A stretch of 63,538 nucleotides of DNA, the filler included, from Welwitschia mirabilis (taxonomy: Eukaryota): the NCBI GenBank assembly GCA_051453625.1. It is 6 parts of one record of this genome, joined end to end, with 100 filler letters (N's around TTAATTAATTAA, not from the genome) between each part and the next. Parts side by side here need not be neighbours in the genome. Positions count along the whole stretch, not along the records: positions 35,511 to 40,425 come from JBOZIK010000001.1; positions 40,526 to 62,093 come from JBOZIK010000001.1; 4 more parts are not named here. The stretch is one strand, 5' to 3'. The notes below the pieces were generated by a model. It did not search any database and was not told the origin of the DNA. It saw nothing but the letters and a program-made list of their open reading frames with translations. This document shows positions 38,789 to 51,725 of the stretch, one piece after another; position 1 is the first letter of the stretch; the number at the start of each line of letters is the position of its first letter. The position numbers and the translations under genes were made by a program.

Positions 38789-41700
38789 TGGCACTAGAAG
38801 GAGGAACCATTGTGCAGGCCTTTTATCGTTTTCTTTGAATCATGATCGCTTTTTTACTTTACCCTTGCCTACCACCTTATTGCATTCCACAGTAGCCATA
38901 ATGTCTATGTTGACCCACGGAAAAAAAGCCTACATCTCTGAAGATGAGTATAAGGTACTCGTCCAACAACACCCTTTGACCCTCATCCCTGATGAGCTTC
39001 ATGTCATGAACGACTATAAGAGTTTCTGAGAAGACTACCTGATCCATCCCATCTAAATAATTCGATCCTTAGCGATTAGAAAACTCGCACTTTCCAATAA
39101 CGAGAAAAAGGTTCTCCCTAAAGATCCCTTCTCCCAAAAATATGACTAAAATCCAGAGTTCGTAAATGAATGGGATCGTGAAAAAAAACCTTAGACATCA
39201 CAAAAACCTCGATCACAAATTCCAAAGAAGGATTTCAACGATGATAATCTATTCGAATACGAAACTAATGATGAGGAACCACCTAAAGTTCTATAAATCA
39301 AAGACCAAAAATCACCCGTCCAATCAATTGAATTCAACATGCTATGAGAATCTATCAATGACATTAAACAAGGCCTCTAAACCAAGAAAAATTACCTTGG
39401 CATGGACTTCGATGACATACCAATTCATCCCTCTGTCTATCGCAAAGTCATTTCGCCGAGCGAAATGCCTGACTTCGAAAAATTCACAAGTGTTGAAGAC
39501 CCTGTAATTCATGTTAGAAATTTCAAACACTCATGCCACATGTATAACATAGAAATAAAAACTGTGTATCATCTATTTCGTTGATCTCTCTGACGTCATG
39601 CCCTCAAATGGTACCATCGCTTACCTACCCAGTCCATCACAAGTCTTAAACAACTATTTGAGATGTTCATACAACATTAGTCGATAAACATCACGAAGAG
39701 AATGTACCTAGACTTGTTAACAATGATGGAAAAAAAGTTTAGTAAAACTATTCAAGACTATTCTTGACGATGAAGGCTTATTGTCTTGCAATTAAAAACC
39801 CCCATTGTGGACTCTGATATGGCATATCTCTTTGTCAAATTGTGCATCCTATGTGTTTCAAAACATCTTAGGATGTAAGCGTTCCAAACGTTTGAACAAG
39901 CTATGATATTAGCAAGGAGAATCGAAGTCATAGGTAGAGAAAAGGGTGCTATAAAATATGGCAATACTTCATAAGACGAAACGATGAGAAGAGACAACCA
40001 CAACAATAACAACAAAATGAACAATACAAAGAATATGTTAGTAGTCGACCAAACGTTTTAACCTATTCAACCTCATCAACCAAGTTATCCATCTCAACTG
40101 ATTAGTAGTTTGATAGCATAATAGTTTCAACCATAACCTTCTTTCCCTCCAAACGCTTTTGCCTTTCAACCAATCGTAGGACAATCTTGTTACCCATCCA
40201 CTCAGCAATTACAAAAGTTTTCAATAAGCACAACTATCTAGACAACAACAATTTCAACTATCTCAACAACAACTCCAAACATAACAATGAACATATCTAG
40301 TTTAAAACGAAAATTAAAATTAGTCTCAAAAGAAAAATGCATTTCAAAGACCTAGGAGAAACTTTACTAGGTTACAAATTCCATTGACAAAGATCCTTGG
40401 AATTTTGTTATAAAAGGGGATAATCNNNNNNNNNNNNNNNNNNNNNNNNNNNNNNNNNNNNNNNNNNNNTTAATTAATTAANNNNNNNNNNNNNNNNNNN
40501 NNNNNNNNNNNNNNNNNNNNNNNNNTTTTCATTTCTTTAATCTCAAATAGTCTATTTACATCTTCGTTTTTGTTCAAAACTCCAATCATTAGTTCTTATT
40601 TCAACCTTTGTTTTCATAGGTTGGTAAAATGGAAAGTTAATTAAAGTTACCCTTATGTATTATCTTAGCTGGTTAACTTATCGAGAGGTATGTTGATCTC
40701 AATTTTATTGATTTCAATTATAGTAGGTATTTGGAAAATCCATCTATCTACCTGAATGAAGAACAAATAAGTAAAAACACTGAAGCTTACGAAACGGTGA
40801 AATCTCAAAATGTGAGATCATTCTTAGTAAAATAACAAGATGTTAAAACATATGATTTCCAAGTAGACCCTAACGATCAAGAAAAATCACTCAAAATCAA
40901 TCAACATTTGCCACAAGAAATGAAATTAGAACTTGAAGTTGTGTTGTTATCTAATAAAAACACATTCGCTTGGCATTACAAAGATATGCTAGGCATCGAC
41001 AAATCGATCATCATGCATAACATCATTTTAAAACTAAATTCAATCCCAGTGAAACAAAAGATTAGAAAACTTAACCCTTACCTTGCATTGGTAGTAAAAG
41101 AAGACTTGGAACATCTTCTAACTACCAGGTTCATTAGACCAATTGACTACTCACACTGGTTATTAAACATGGTATTTTTTCCAAAGAAGAATGGTCAAAT
41201 TATGATTTTTGTTGATTATCGGGATTTGAATAAGGTAACTTTAAAAAATAATTACTCTTTACCGAACATCAACATTCTAGTAAATAACATAGCTGGTTAT
41301 GACCTTCTATCTTTTATGAATGGTTATTAAGATTATACCTAGATATTTATCAATCTTGAAGATCAACACAAAACTACCTTTATAACACCCTAGGGATGTT
41401 TTTATTATGTCATGATGTCTTTTGGACTAAAGAATGACTTTTTTGTTATGTCATGATGCCTTTTGGACTAAAGAATGCTCGTGCATCATATCAGTAAGTG
41501 ATAACACATATATTTCATAACTTGATACATCACAACGTAGAAGATTATGTTGACGATGTCGTAGTGAAATCAAAGATACTAAACAATCACCTAACTGATT
41601 TAAGATAATTATTCAAGCAAGCGAGACTATATGATTTATGACTCAACCTAAAGAAATGTATTTTCGGTGTACCATTAGAAAAACTTTTAAGTTTTATGAT

Positions 41701-42444
41701 TTCAAAATAACTAATAGAAATCGATCCAGAAAAGATCAAAGCAATCACTAATATGCCATCACCCCACAACTTGAAATAATTACATAGCTTCTAAGGTAGG
41801 ATATAAGCTATATGTTAATTTATTTTAACTTTGACAGATTAGTGTGAACCTTTTATGCATCTACTCAAGAAATATAACCAATTCAAATGAGATGAAAATT
41901 GCCAAAAGGATTTTGATAAGATCAAAGAATACTTGATATCCACCCCTGTCTTGAGTCCCCCAAAACCTAATCAACCCTTTTATCTTTACCATACATACAG
42001 ACCCTCATCACTTAGTGCAATGATTTTTCAATGAGATAAGTTACACTGAGATCACCTAATTTACTACATCAGTAGGATACTTCATCAATATGAGAAAAAC
42101 TACATAGAAGTAAAAAAAGCATGTCTAACTTTAGCCTTCACTTCACAGAAGTTTTGCCACTATATGATGATGAACAAAACAATTGTGATCAATAATCAAA
42201 ATCTACTTAAGCATTTACTTAAATATTCTACTAGAAGTACTTGCCTAATGAAGTGGACGTCAATTCTCACTGAGTTTGACTTGGAATTTGAATTTTAAAC
42301 ATCTGTCAAAGGTAAATATGTAGTTGAGCAAATAGTGGATCTACCTGTAGAAACTGAAGATGAAATCCTAGATGAATCTAAACAATTTTCAGATGAATAA
42401 ATTTACTTTATTAAAATAAAAAAGAATTATGATGCATTAATGTT
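38789..42444 (+). mobile_element. Tat-clade Ty3/gypsy element A internal region (gag, RT, RNase H; decayed)
   Basis: PBS TGGCACTAGAAGGAGG (38789-38804). gag MPDFEKFTSVEDPVIHVRNFK. RT FAWHYKDMLGIDKSI...VDYRDLNK and VEDYVDDVVVKSK. Colinear with element B. Confidence 0.9.
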
Positions 42445-42544
42445 NNNNNNNNNNNNNNNNNNNNNNNNNNNNNNNNNNNNNNNNNNNNNNNNNNNNNNNN
42501 NNNNNNNNNNNNNNNNNNNNNNNNNNNNNNNNNNNNNNNNNNNN

Positions 42545-45500
42545 ATCATTCATTTTAAATGCCTTATTCAGTTGAGATTTTAACCTTTTAATCAAAGACT
42601 TATTGTGAGAAGTAATTAGCATGTCATCGACATACAACAACAAATACATCAAGGACTTATCAGAATATTGCTGGTAATAAATACAATGATCATATTGACT
42701 TTTGAAAAAACCTTGTCTAACCATAAATGCATCAAACTTCTTATACCATTGTTGCAAAGCTGATTTAAGGCCATATAATGATTTGTTTAGATGACATATA
42801 TAATGTTCATTTCCTGGGGTTTTGTAACTCTTAGGTTGATTCATATAGATTTATTCATTAAGGTCACCATGTAAGAATGCTGTTTTGATATCATGTTGAT
42901 TTAAATCCATGTCAAAAAATATAATCAATGCAAGTAGTACACGAATCAAAGTATGACAAACTACAAGTGAAAAAATTTCATGGAAATCTATACCTTTTTT
43001 TTGGTTGTAGCCTTTGACAACCAATTGTTCTTTTCATCTTACATTTTCAACTCTAAGAATGCCTTCCTTTTTCTTATAGATCCACTTATAGTTGAAAGGA
43101 TGTTTATTAAATGGAAGTTCTCACAAACTTCAAGTGTTATTTTTATGAAGACTCTTCATTTCTTTGTTCATTGCCATTAGCCATTTAAAGGAAGTAGCGC
43201 ATGAAATAGCTTCTGAATAAGATGAAGATTCCATACCTTTAGGGATTTCCTAGGCAACTGAAAGAATATATGCACTTAGCTCATCATCAGTGTTAAGATA
43301 TCTGGCTAATTTCTTTATCATTCTCCTCAGACGATCTCTAGCAATCGAGTAATCATACTGTGGTTGATCAGAAGTACTGATACTTAAAGTAATCTCATCA
43401 ATATATGCTTTAATAGAGGAGCAAGATGTGGAATATACAATAGGCGATGGAGAGGATGTAACCTCTAACTCCACCTACTTGTTAGACTTATCTATTATAT
43501 TTTCAGAAGAGGAAGAAGGAGTAGAAGAAAAAGGAATAGAATCTTTATAAGGAATTAGTAAGGCATCCTCATTAAATATTACATCTCTACTAAGAATCAC
43601 TTTATGCAACTTAGGACACCACAAATGGTATCCTTTAGATTCAGAAGCATAACCTAGGAATATACATTTAATAGTTCTAGGTGCTAGTTTACCATCATTA
43701 GTATGGGTGAATGCTAAACAACCAAATATTTTTAACTGAGAGTAGCTAACAGGATTACCTAACCAAATCTATTCTGGAATTTCAAACTTCAGTGAGAAAT
43801 GTGAAGATCGATTGATGAGATAACAAGCTGTAGAAATTGCTTCAGCCCATAAATCACATTGATGTCATAGATTCTTATTGAAAAGCATATAACAAGCCCT
43901 TTCAAGTAAAGTTCTGTTCAATTCTAATCCCTTATCAGTTCTGAGTTTCTTAATTTTTTTGCCTGTTTAATTTTTAATGAGCATTTTCCATTGTTTGAAA
44001 GTAGATAAAGGCTTATTTTTATGTTGTAAAAAATAAACCCATACTTTACAAGAGTAATCATCAATAATCGTCATCATAAAATGACGACCACTAATAGAAG
44101 GAACCTTGGAAGTCCCTCATAAATTAGAGTGAATATAATCTAGTACATCTTTAATATGATGAATTGCAGTAGAGAAACTTACCCTNNNNNNNNNNCAATA
44201 TTCACAAAATTCTAATTTACTAAGATGCTAACCATAGAAAAGATCTTTCTTACTGAAGATATAAAAAACTTTCTCGCTCATGTAACCTAACCGCATGTGC
44301 CACATGAGAGTCACGTTAGATTTAGGCATAGAAGTTGAAATATCTACAGAACCTGTAACTGTAGAACCTTGCAAAACATATAGGCTACTACATCAGTTAG
44401 CCTTAAACATAACAAGAGCACCTTTAATAATTTTGAGAATTTCACCTTCAGCAACATATTTGTATCCTTTTAATTCAAGAGTACCTAACGAAATTAAGTT
44501 TCGTTTAAGATCAGGAATAAAACATACCTCCTCAAGTGTTCTAACTATGCCATCATTACTTTTGAGCTGAATAGTTTCTTTTCCTTTGACTTTACACTGG
44601 GTATTATTACCCATTAAAACAATGCCAGAGCAGATAGATTTAAAGGTTGTAAACCAGTCTTAATGAGGACAGATGTGAAAAGTGCAACCTGAATCAAGAA
44701 TCCAACCGTATAAACTTCTCGCATCAGTAGAAGATTCCGATAATAATACATCACATTCAGTATCAGTTTCAATGATACTTGCTTCTACGAACTGTTGAGT
44801 TTGTTTCCTCTTTGCTTCCCTGTCCTATTTATTTTTTAATTTATAACACTCAGAAAGCTTATGTCCAGGGTTTTTACAATACTGAGAAGTTTTACTATTG
44901 GACTTACATCCTCTTGACTTTGACCTAGATTGATTATAGATCCTAGTATGTATATGATTACGACTTTGACCTCTAATTATTAGATCTTTACTGTTGTCTT
45001 TAGAGTAAAACTCTGAATTAAAATTTTCTTTTGACAGGAGATGGGATTTAACATCTTTGAAAGACAAGGTATCTAAACAAATCAGAGGTTAACGAGAGGG
45101 TATAGAGCATGGTGAAAATCATCATAGAGCGCTTGATGAGGGGGTTGTTATTGGCTAAGTGGGCCAAGAAGGACAGAATACAAAGGAATAAGATAAAATA
45201 ATAGTACAACTATGGGAGCTGTAAATCCCTCTCAATAATAAAATAAAAATACCCTTCAAATAAATTCATAAAAGGATGCTCCCAAAAAATAGGAACATAT
45301 ATATAGTTTTATATACTTTAATCTTTATTTATAAAGGTTGTAGATAATAGAGAAAACTAAGGAGTTTAAAACGAGCACAGACACTATGAGAAGGCTGGTA
45401 TGCTAGGCGGAACTGAGGTGGCCATGTTCTACTAGTGCACAGGAAAATCAAAATGATGAAAAAAAATGCAAACAGAAAAATACTCACCAAGGTGAGGACA

Positions 45501-46722
45501 GCGGGCAGTCTGATGCGGCGAGTGAACACACTGTGAAACATAAGAGGCATGTTGAGATGCACTATGAAACACACAGGGGGCCAGCCAAAGGTACCTGTGA
45601 AATGCTCAAGAGAAACCACTATTATTTTGCCAAAGGATGTACCGAATCTTCGAAGAGGAAAAACTTCATAGCTGAGGTAACTGTCAAAAATGATGCTTGG
45701 CAGAGGTGCACTATGGAACACGCGGTAGGTGTGGAGGAGCTCTGAGCAATGACATGCAAAGGAGCCATTATAATGGTGCAAGCATAGGCATTGTGAGCCT
45801 CGCAAGAGCATAGATGGATTAAGGCACAGGTGTAGTATAACGCAAGGAGTAGGCGATGCACAGAGATACAAGCGCAGCATGTATATTGCAAGGCGAAAAC
45901 GGCAACACAGGGCTACTGTGAGATGCGATGAGAGTGCTGAGAGTACAACATGTAAGAGAAAGAGCAACTTGTAAGAGGTTGTAGCATGTGATGGAGTACA
46001 AGATAGATCAGGCTAATGAAAACATGCCAAAAATAAAGGCACACGGTCAGTCTACAATAGTGCGTTTAAAGCTTGGAGACACCGACTGTTTGCTATAAAA
46101 ATATGTTCTACAAATGACATTGTGTATGCAAATCAGTGTGATACAGTAGCAGAAGGCAAGCACTATCACATACGTGGCTTACAAGTGCAGCCAATTGAGA
46201 GACACATGTTCGCAAAGGCACAGCTCGACAGAAGTAGACCAGATGAGCAGTAGGCAAGAAAGGTAACAGGTCACAAGGTGCGTATTGTGAGTAGACAAAA
46301 GAAAAACGGGGCATAACATGTTAGGGATGAAAGTGCGTCAGCTTAGGAGAACAATGAGTCAGTGAAGAAAACAGCCAGACATGATGAACAGTGCTGATGC
46401 AGAAACAAACTGATAGAAGAATCAACTAGAAACGCATAGCGATGCTCCCAAAAAACTATTGAAGGCATGCTGGAAAAACACACACAAGAGCCAGTGGAGG
46501 TTCACTGCATGTTCACAGGTGGAGGCGAGTAGAGAGATAAAGACACAAAAATGCTAAGACGAGATGCACTTAAAGAAATGATGCACAGGTAAGAAGGTCT
46601 TGCTCTGATACCACTTGATGAGTGAGAGAGTCAGTAAGATGTGTTATCATCCCTCAACATTTGAGAGCTAAGGGTGCATTTTATTTATAGCAAAATACAC
46701 CCAATGTTTTAGGTAAGAAACA
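42545..46722 (-). mobile_element. Ty1/copia element, Tork/Tnt1-like, decayed; 3' end in gap
   Basis: PBS TGGTATCAGAGC at 46602-46613 with a short LTR ~46616-46722. Gag zinc knuckle (QYCKNPGHKLSEC), protease WILDSGCTFHICP, PDLKRNLISLGTLE, integrase, RT LNKSLYGLK...LLLYVDDMLI. Confidence 0.9.
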
Positions 46723-46943
46723 GTGGGAGAGGCATTGGAGCATTAAAGGACTAGCCCTAGTACAGAGCCCATGATTTCGCTACTCTAAATGTGAAGCCAT
46801 CACTTGCATACCAGCTCGTAGTTACTGCTTTCATGCTTATCTTAGATCTTATGGAGAATCACCCTAAGATCATTATCTATTAGAATATTGTTGATGCACA
46901 GCTCATCTTCTTGTTCATGCTGTTGTTATGCCACTGGATCCAT
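46717..46943 (-). pseudogene. N-terminal fragment of an F-box/RNI-like LRR protein (similar to Arabidopsis At5g23340 as I recall it)
   Basis: MDPVA*QQHEQEDELCINNILIDNDLRVILHKI*DKHESSNYELVCK*WLHI*SSE, then after a frameshift LCTRASPLMLQCLSH. Compare CVNEALTDDELRWVLSRLDSDKDKEVFGLVCKRWLNLQSTDRKKLAARAGPHMLRRLASRF. Confidence 0.8.
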
Positions 46944-48623
46944 TAATTAATGTAATTATGTCTACTAAATTAGCATGAATTTAGTTTCTGCTTACTATTA
47001 GTGGATCTGCATACTAGTAGTCAAGCATCTTCATCATGATATGAAGATACACAGCGAGGAGAAAAACAGGAGAAGGAAGTGGGTGCAAGCGAAGCTAATG
47101 CCCAGGCAGCACTCAGTGATGCCAGACAAAACAAGCACATGTAGGATAGAAGGATCAACAAGTGAGACATGGAATGAAATATACATGAAAAAGGTAGAAA
47201 ATGTGCCATGTGAAATGTATCAGGTGGCAGGAACACGAAGAGAATGGGAGGTAAGATCGCAGGTACATAATGGAAAAGAGAAAATACAATCAAGGGAGAT
47301 GCATCAAATGAGTAAGACGCATCGAATCACAGAGGACAATGCCAAAAAGATAGACTGGAAGAACCGCATCACAGGGGAAGGGAGTACCAAAAAACATAAA
47401 TAAATGGAGGTGCAAACATTACAAGGAGGACATATCAGAGAAGCGAGGAGAAGGGACACATCAAAAAAAGGGAGGGCAATGAACACAACCACACGACAAG
47501 AACATCACAATCAGGATGTAGGCAAAGGAACAACAGTTAGAAGGAAAACCAGAAGTAGCACGATGAAATAAAGCAGGGAGTCATCAAGAACATAGGTAAC
47601 AAAGAGAAGTGCATTAGGCATCAGATAAGAAAAATACCAGATTCACAAGAGAAGTAGCAAACTGGGGGAGGATTAAAAGATTGGTAGGAAAAAGAAGGAA
47701 GGGTGTATTCAAAAAGGAGATTCATCATAAAAGCAAGGAACCCATCACAAAAACACAACCAGAAATTGACAGAGGCATCAAGAAGAGAAGCAGAAAATCA
47801 TTAGAGTAAAGGCAGAAGGAGAAAATGGTATTGAAGAACATAGGATTGCCAGAGCAAAGGGAGATCAAACACAGAACAACTAGAAGAGAAATGCCCAGCA
47901 AAGAGACAAGAGATCTAGAATGCATAGGTAGATAACATGCCCCAGGATCAGGGAACGATGTAGAGGCAAAGCATAGCACTGCATAGCAAGGAAGTGCATC
48001 AAACAGTAGAGAAGATAAGCATAAAAAAATACCTCCAAAGTTATACATCCATGTTTTTATGTTCTTAATAGAAAATATTTTTTTTAGTATTTATCTTTAC
48101 TTTAAAAGAAACTAAAGTCATTTCACAAATATTCACCAAATTTTTAAAATGTACCATTTTACCAAAAAAGAGAGAAAGAGAGAGAGAGAAATAGAAATCA
48201 GTGCATTAGATTAGTTTTAATTAGACATTCTTCATCAATTATTTTATTTGAAATATTTTTTTTTAAAAAGTAGAACTTAAATATTTTGAATATAAAAAAA
48301 TATGTATGCACATCTTTTTTTAATAAATAAAAGGGTTTATTTATAATTATAATCATCATCATTCTTTTAATTAAATTCATATTTTTAATTATGCTATTTT
48401 TACAAAAATTATTTTAATTTGAAACTCTAATATTGAATCAATAACGGTTAGATTGAAATATTTTTTTTTTAATTTTTCTTTTAGCATATCATAAATCGAT
48501 ATAACATTGCAAAAAAAAAATAATCATTCTGGCGCTAGAAGGAGAGCTATAGATACAATTAGAACGACGCTAAGCAAAATAAAAAAATCATAATTAATAT
48601 ACATTGCGAAAAACTTCATAACA
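46723..48623 (+). repeat. 5' LTR (right part) of Tat element B
   Basis: Ends ...ataaca directly before the PBS at 48628. Same purine-rich then AT-rich layout as 37739-38785. Interrupted on the left by the copia. Confidence 0.65.
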
Positions 48624-48627
48624 GTTT

Positions 48628-48644
48628 TGGCGCTAGAAGGAGGG
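48628..48644 (+). other. Primer binding site, tRNA-Asn(GTT)
   Basis: TGGCGCTAGAAGGAGGG, complementary to the plant tRNA-Asn 3' end CCCTCCTTCTAGCG-CCA. A second copy sits at 48530-48544. Confidence 0.85.
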
Positions 48645-48721
48645 CACCTCGTGTAGGTCTTTTATTGTTCTTAATCATTTTTAATCGCGTTCATTTCAAG
48701 CTTCTTGCCTACCACCTTGTT

Positions 48722-51545
48722 ATGTCGACCCGTGTGAAAAAAGCCTGCATCTCTGAAGATGAGTACAAGGTACTTATCCAACAACACCCTTCAACCCTTA
48801 CCTCTGATGAACTTCGTGCCATGAACGACTATAGGAGTTACTAGGAAGGTTACCTAACCCATCCCACCCAAAGAATACGATCGTTAGTGATTAGGAAACT
48901 AGTGCTTCTAGACGACGAGAATAAGGTTCTCCCTGAAGACCCCTTCTCCCAAAAATACGATGAAAATGCAGAGTTCATCTAGTGCTTCTAGATGACGAGA
49001 ATAAGGTTCTCCCTGAAGACCCCTTCTCCCAAAAATACGATGAAAATCCAGAGTTCATAAATGAATGGGGTCACGACAAAAAAAACTAAAACATTACGAA
49101 AACCCACACCACAAATCCCAAAGAAGGATTTCGATGACGACAACCTGTTCGAATATGAAACCAATAATGAAGAGCCACTTAAAGTTCAATAAAGCAAAAA
49201 CAACAAACCACCAATTCAATCGACTAAATTCAACATGCTATGGGAGGCCATCAATGACATAGAACGAGGCTTCCAAACCAAGAAAAACTACCTCGAAATA
49301 GATTTTGACGATACACCGATCTACCCATCTGTCCATCATAAAGTCATCTCGCTTAGCGAAATGCCCGACTTCAAGAAATTACAGGCGTCGAAGATCCTGT
49401 AATTCATGTTAAAAACTTCAAGCACTCCTGCCACATGTACAACATAGAACAAAACATCACATGCCATCTATTTTGTTGATCTCTCTGACGACAAGCCCTC
49501 GAATGGTATTATCACTTACCAATTCATTCTATCACAAGTCTTAAACAACTATTTGAGATATTCGTACAACATTATTCAATCAACATCACAAAATGATGAC
49601 CCTGGATACGTTAACGACAATGAATAAAACCATCTAAGATTATGCTCGATGATGGAGAGTCATTACCTTGCAATTAGAAACCTTTATTGCAGATTCCAAT
49701 ATGGCATATTTCTTTGCCAAATTGTGCATTCCATACATCTCGGAACATCTTAGGATGCAAGCATTTGAAACGTTTGAACAAGATATCACATTGACAAGGA
49801 GAATCAAAGTCGTAGGTAGAGAAAAAGGCGTCATAACATATGGCAACATTTCACAAAGCGAATCGACAAAAAGAGACAACAACAACAACAATAACAAAGC
49901 CAACAACACAAAGAATGTGTTAGTAGTCGACCAAACCTCTGAACCTATTCAACCTCTTCAATTGAGCTATTCACCTCAATAGATCAGCAATCCAATCGTA
50001 CAACAAACACAACCTCAACCTCCTTTTTCCTTCTCAAGCTTTTTCCTTTCAACCAGTTGTGGGACAACCTTGTTTCCGACCTCAACAACTATCGAGTTTT
50101 CAACAAGCGTCACCTCAACAGCAACAGTTTCAACCGCCTCAACAACAAGCTCAAACACGACAACAACCTTACCCAACTCAAAACCAAGACCAAAATCAGT
50201 CTCAGAATGAAAACCCAACTCAAAGACCTAGGAGAAACTTTACTAGATTATAAATACCACTGACAAAGATCCTTGCAATTCTATTACAGAGGGGGCAATC
50301 CAACTACCTTCAATCAAGGAGAAAGATCACAATGCACCGAAACCCAAGAGCTATGACAAGTCCAAGTACTAAGAATATCACAGGATTAGGGGACGTCATA
50401 TTGAAAACTGCTTCAACTTGAAACATATTGTTTAAGACATTATCGAAAACAAAAAAGACATCAAATTCGATACCATCCTCGCAGCTGCAAACGAACAACT
50501 CGAGATCTACAAGAACCCCTTTCCAACTCAAGCCTCTACGTCACAAACACCACAAAATGTGGTAATTCAAGACGACAACGCTCCTTATGCAATTTGCGTA
50601 ATCAAAGAACGGTTGACGAAACCATTAGAGCAAATCATCCAAGAAAACAAGCAGAAGCTACAACGATTAATCGAGATAGAAGATGCCCAAAGTCGACTCA
50701 CCCCTCAACCAAACATTCAGTTACAATCGCATGCCTCTAAAGTAGAGGAAGCATGTCATCACCTCTCTTCGTTGATTGAAAATTCTGAACCTTATAAACA
50801 AGCTTTTGAAAAATTACATGAGGAATGTTTAACATTAAGAATACCTTCAAAACAGGAATCTACTTCAAAACAAGTAGACGTTCAAAAAAATGATGAGGAT
50901 CATAAAGTGATTTAGTTTCAACCTGAGGAAGTCTCATCCACTTCTCGAAGAACAATAGTCACTGAACCACCTTACATCTCGATAAACATTGGCTCTACTA
51001 AAGTAGCTAGAGCCTTTGTCGATTATGGGGCCGAATTAAACATCATCGGATCATCTTGCCTAGAGAAACTCAACCTGCAACACCTACTAGATTTAAAGAA
51101 GAGAGTGACAATTAGAGGTTTCAATGATCGTGAATATAAGTCCAAGGGAACACTTATTTTACTAGTAGAGGTGGCTGAAAAAGTCAAGGACACTGAATTT
51201 CATGAAATTGATAACGTTGCTGTGTTCAATTTACTTTTAGGTCGTTCTTGGATCATGGATACAGGGGCAATTATATCGTTACCCCATCAAAAACTCAAAT
51301 TCATCGGATCAAAGATCTCAGTGCCACTGGAAAGAAATCATACAGTGGCAAATGTCAAAGCGCGATCTCAAGCGTCTTCCTCGTCATTGCCTCGAATCCC
51401 AGAAAAGTGGATCATTCCATTCTTGCACTTCGAACATGATATTGTAGATCCTCATAAACTCAAAGTTTTACAAATCCCTGATGCACAACTCTTGGATTCA
51501 GGATGGACTCCATTCCTTCCTGACGACTTTCTCATTAGTTCATGA
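48722..51545 (+). pseudogene. Tat element B gag-protease (frameshifted)
   Basis: gag MPDFKKLQ/EDPVIHVKNFK, Q/P-rich linker, zinc-knuckle remnant YHRIRGRHIENCFNLK, protease ARAFVDYGAELNII...FNLLLGRSWI. Confidence 0.85.
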
Positions 51546-51725
51546 TCATCTTCTTCCACATAAATCTCAATCCTAAACAACAAAAACAACAAAAAAGAAT
51601 TAAAAAACATGTTTTCAACATTCCGCCTTTTTCAATTCTTTAGTCTTGAATAGTCTATTTGCATCTTCTTTTTTTTTGTTTAAAACTCCAATCATTAGTT
51701 CTCATTTCAAACTTTGTTTTCGTAG

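Noticed and set aside
45329-46314. Minus-strand ORFs up to 212 aa rich in L/F/C/S (likewise 36910-37372, 37763-38402, 47021-48048)
   Set aside because: By-products of pyrimidine-skewed non-coding tracts; overlapping frames open together and no recognisable domain.
46721-46764. Apparent similarity between the copia LTR flank and the TRIM-like LTR (gtggg.g.ggcattgga)
   Set aside because: This stretch is better explained as F-box coding sequence; the match is short and probably coincidental.
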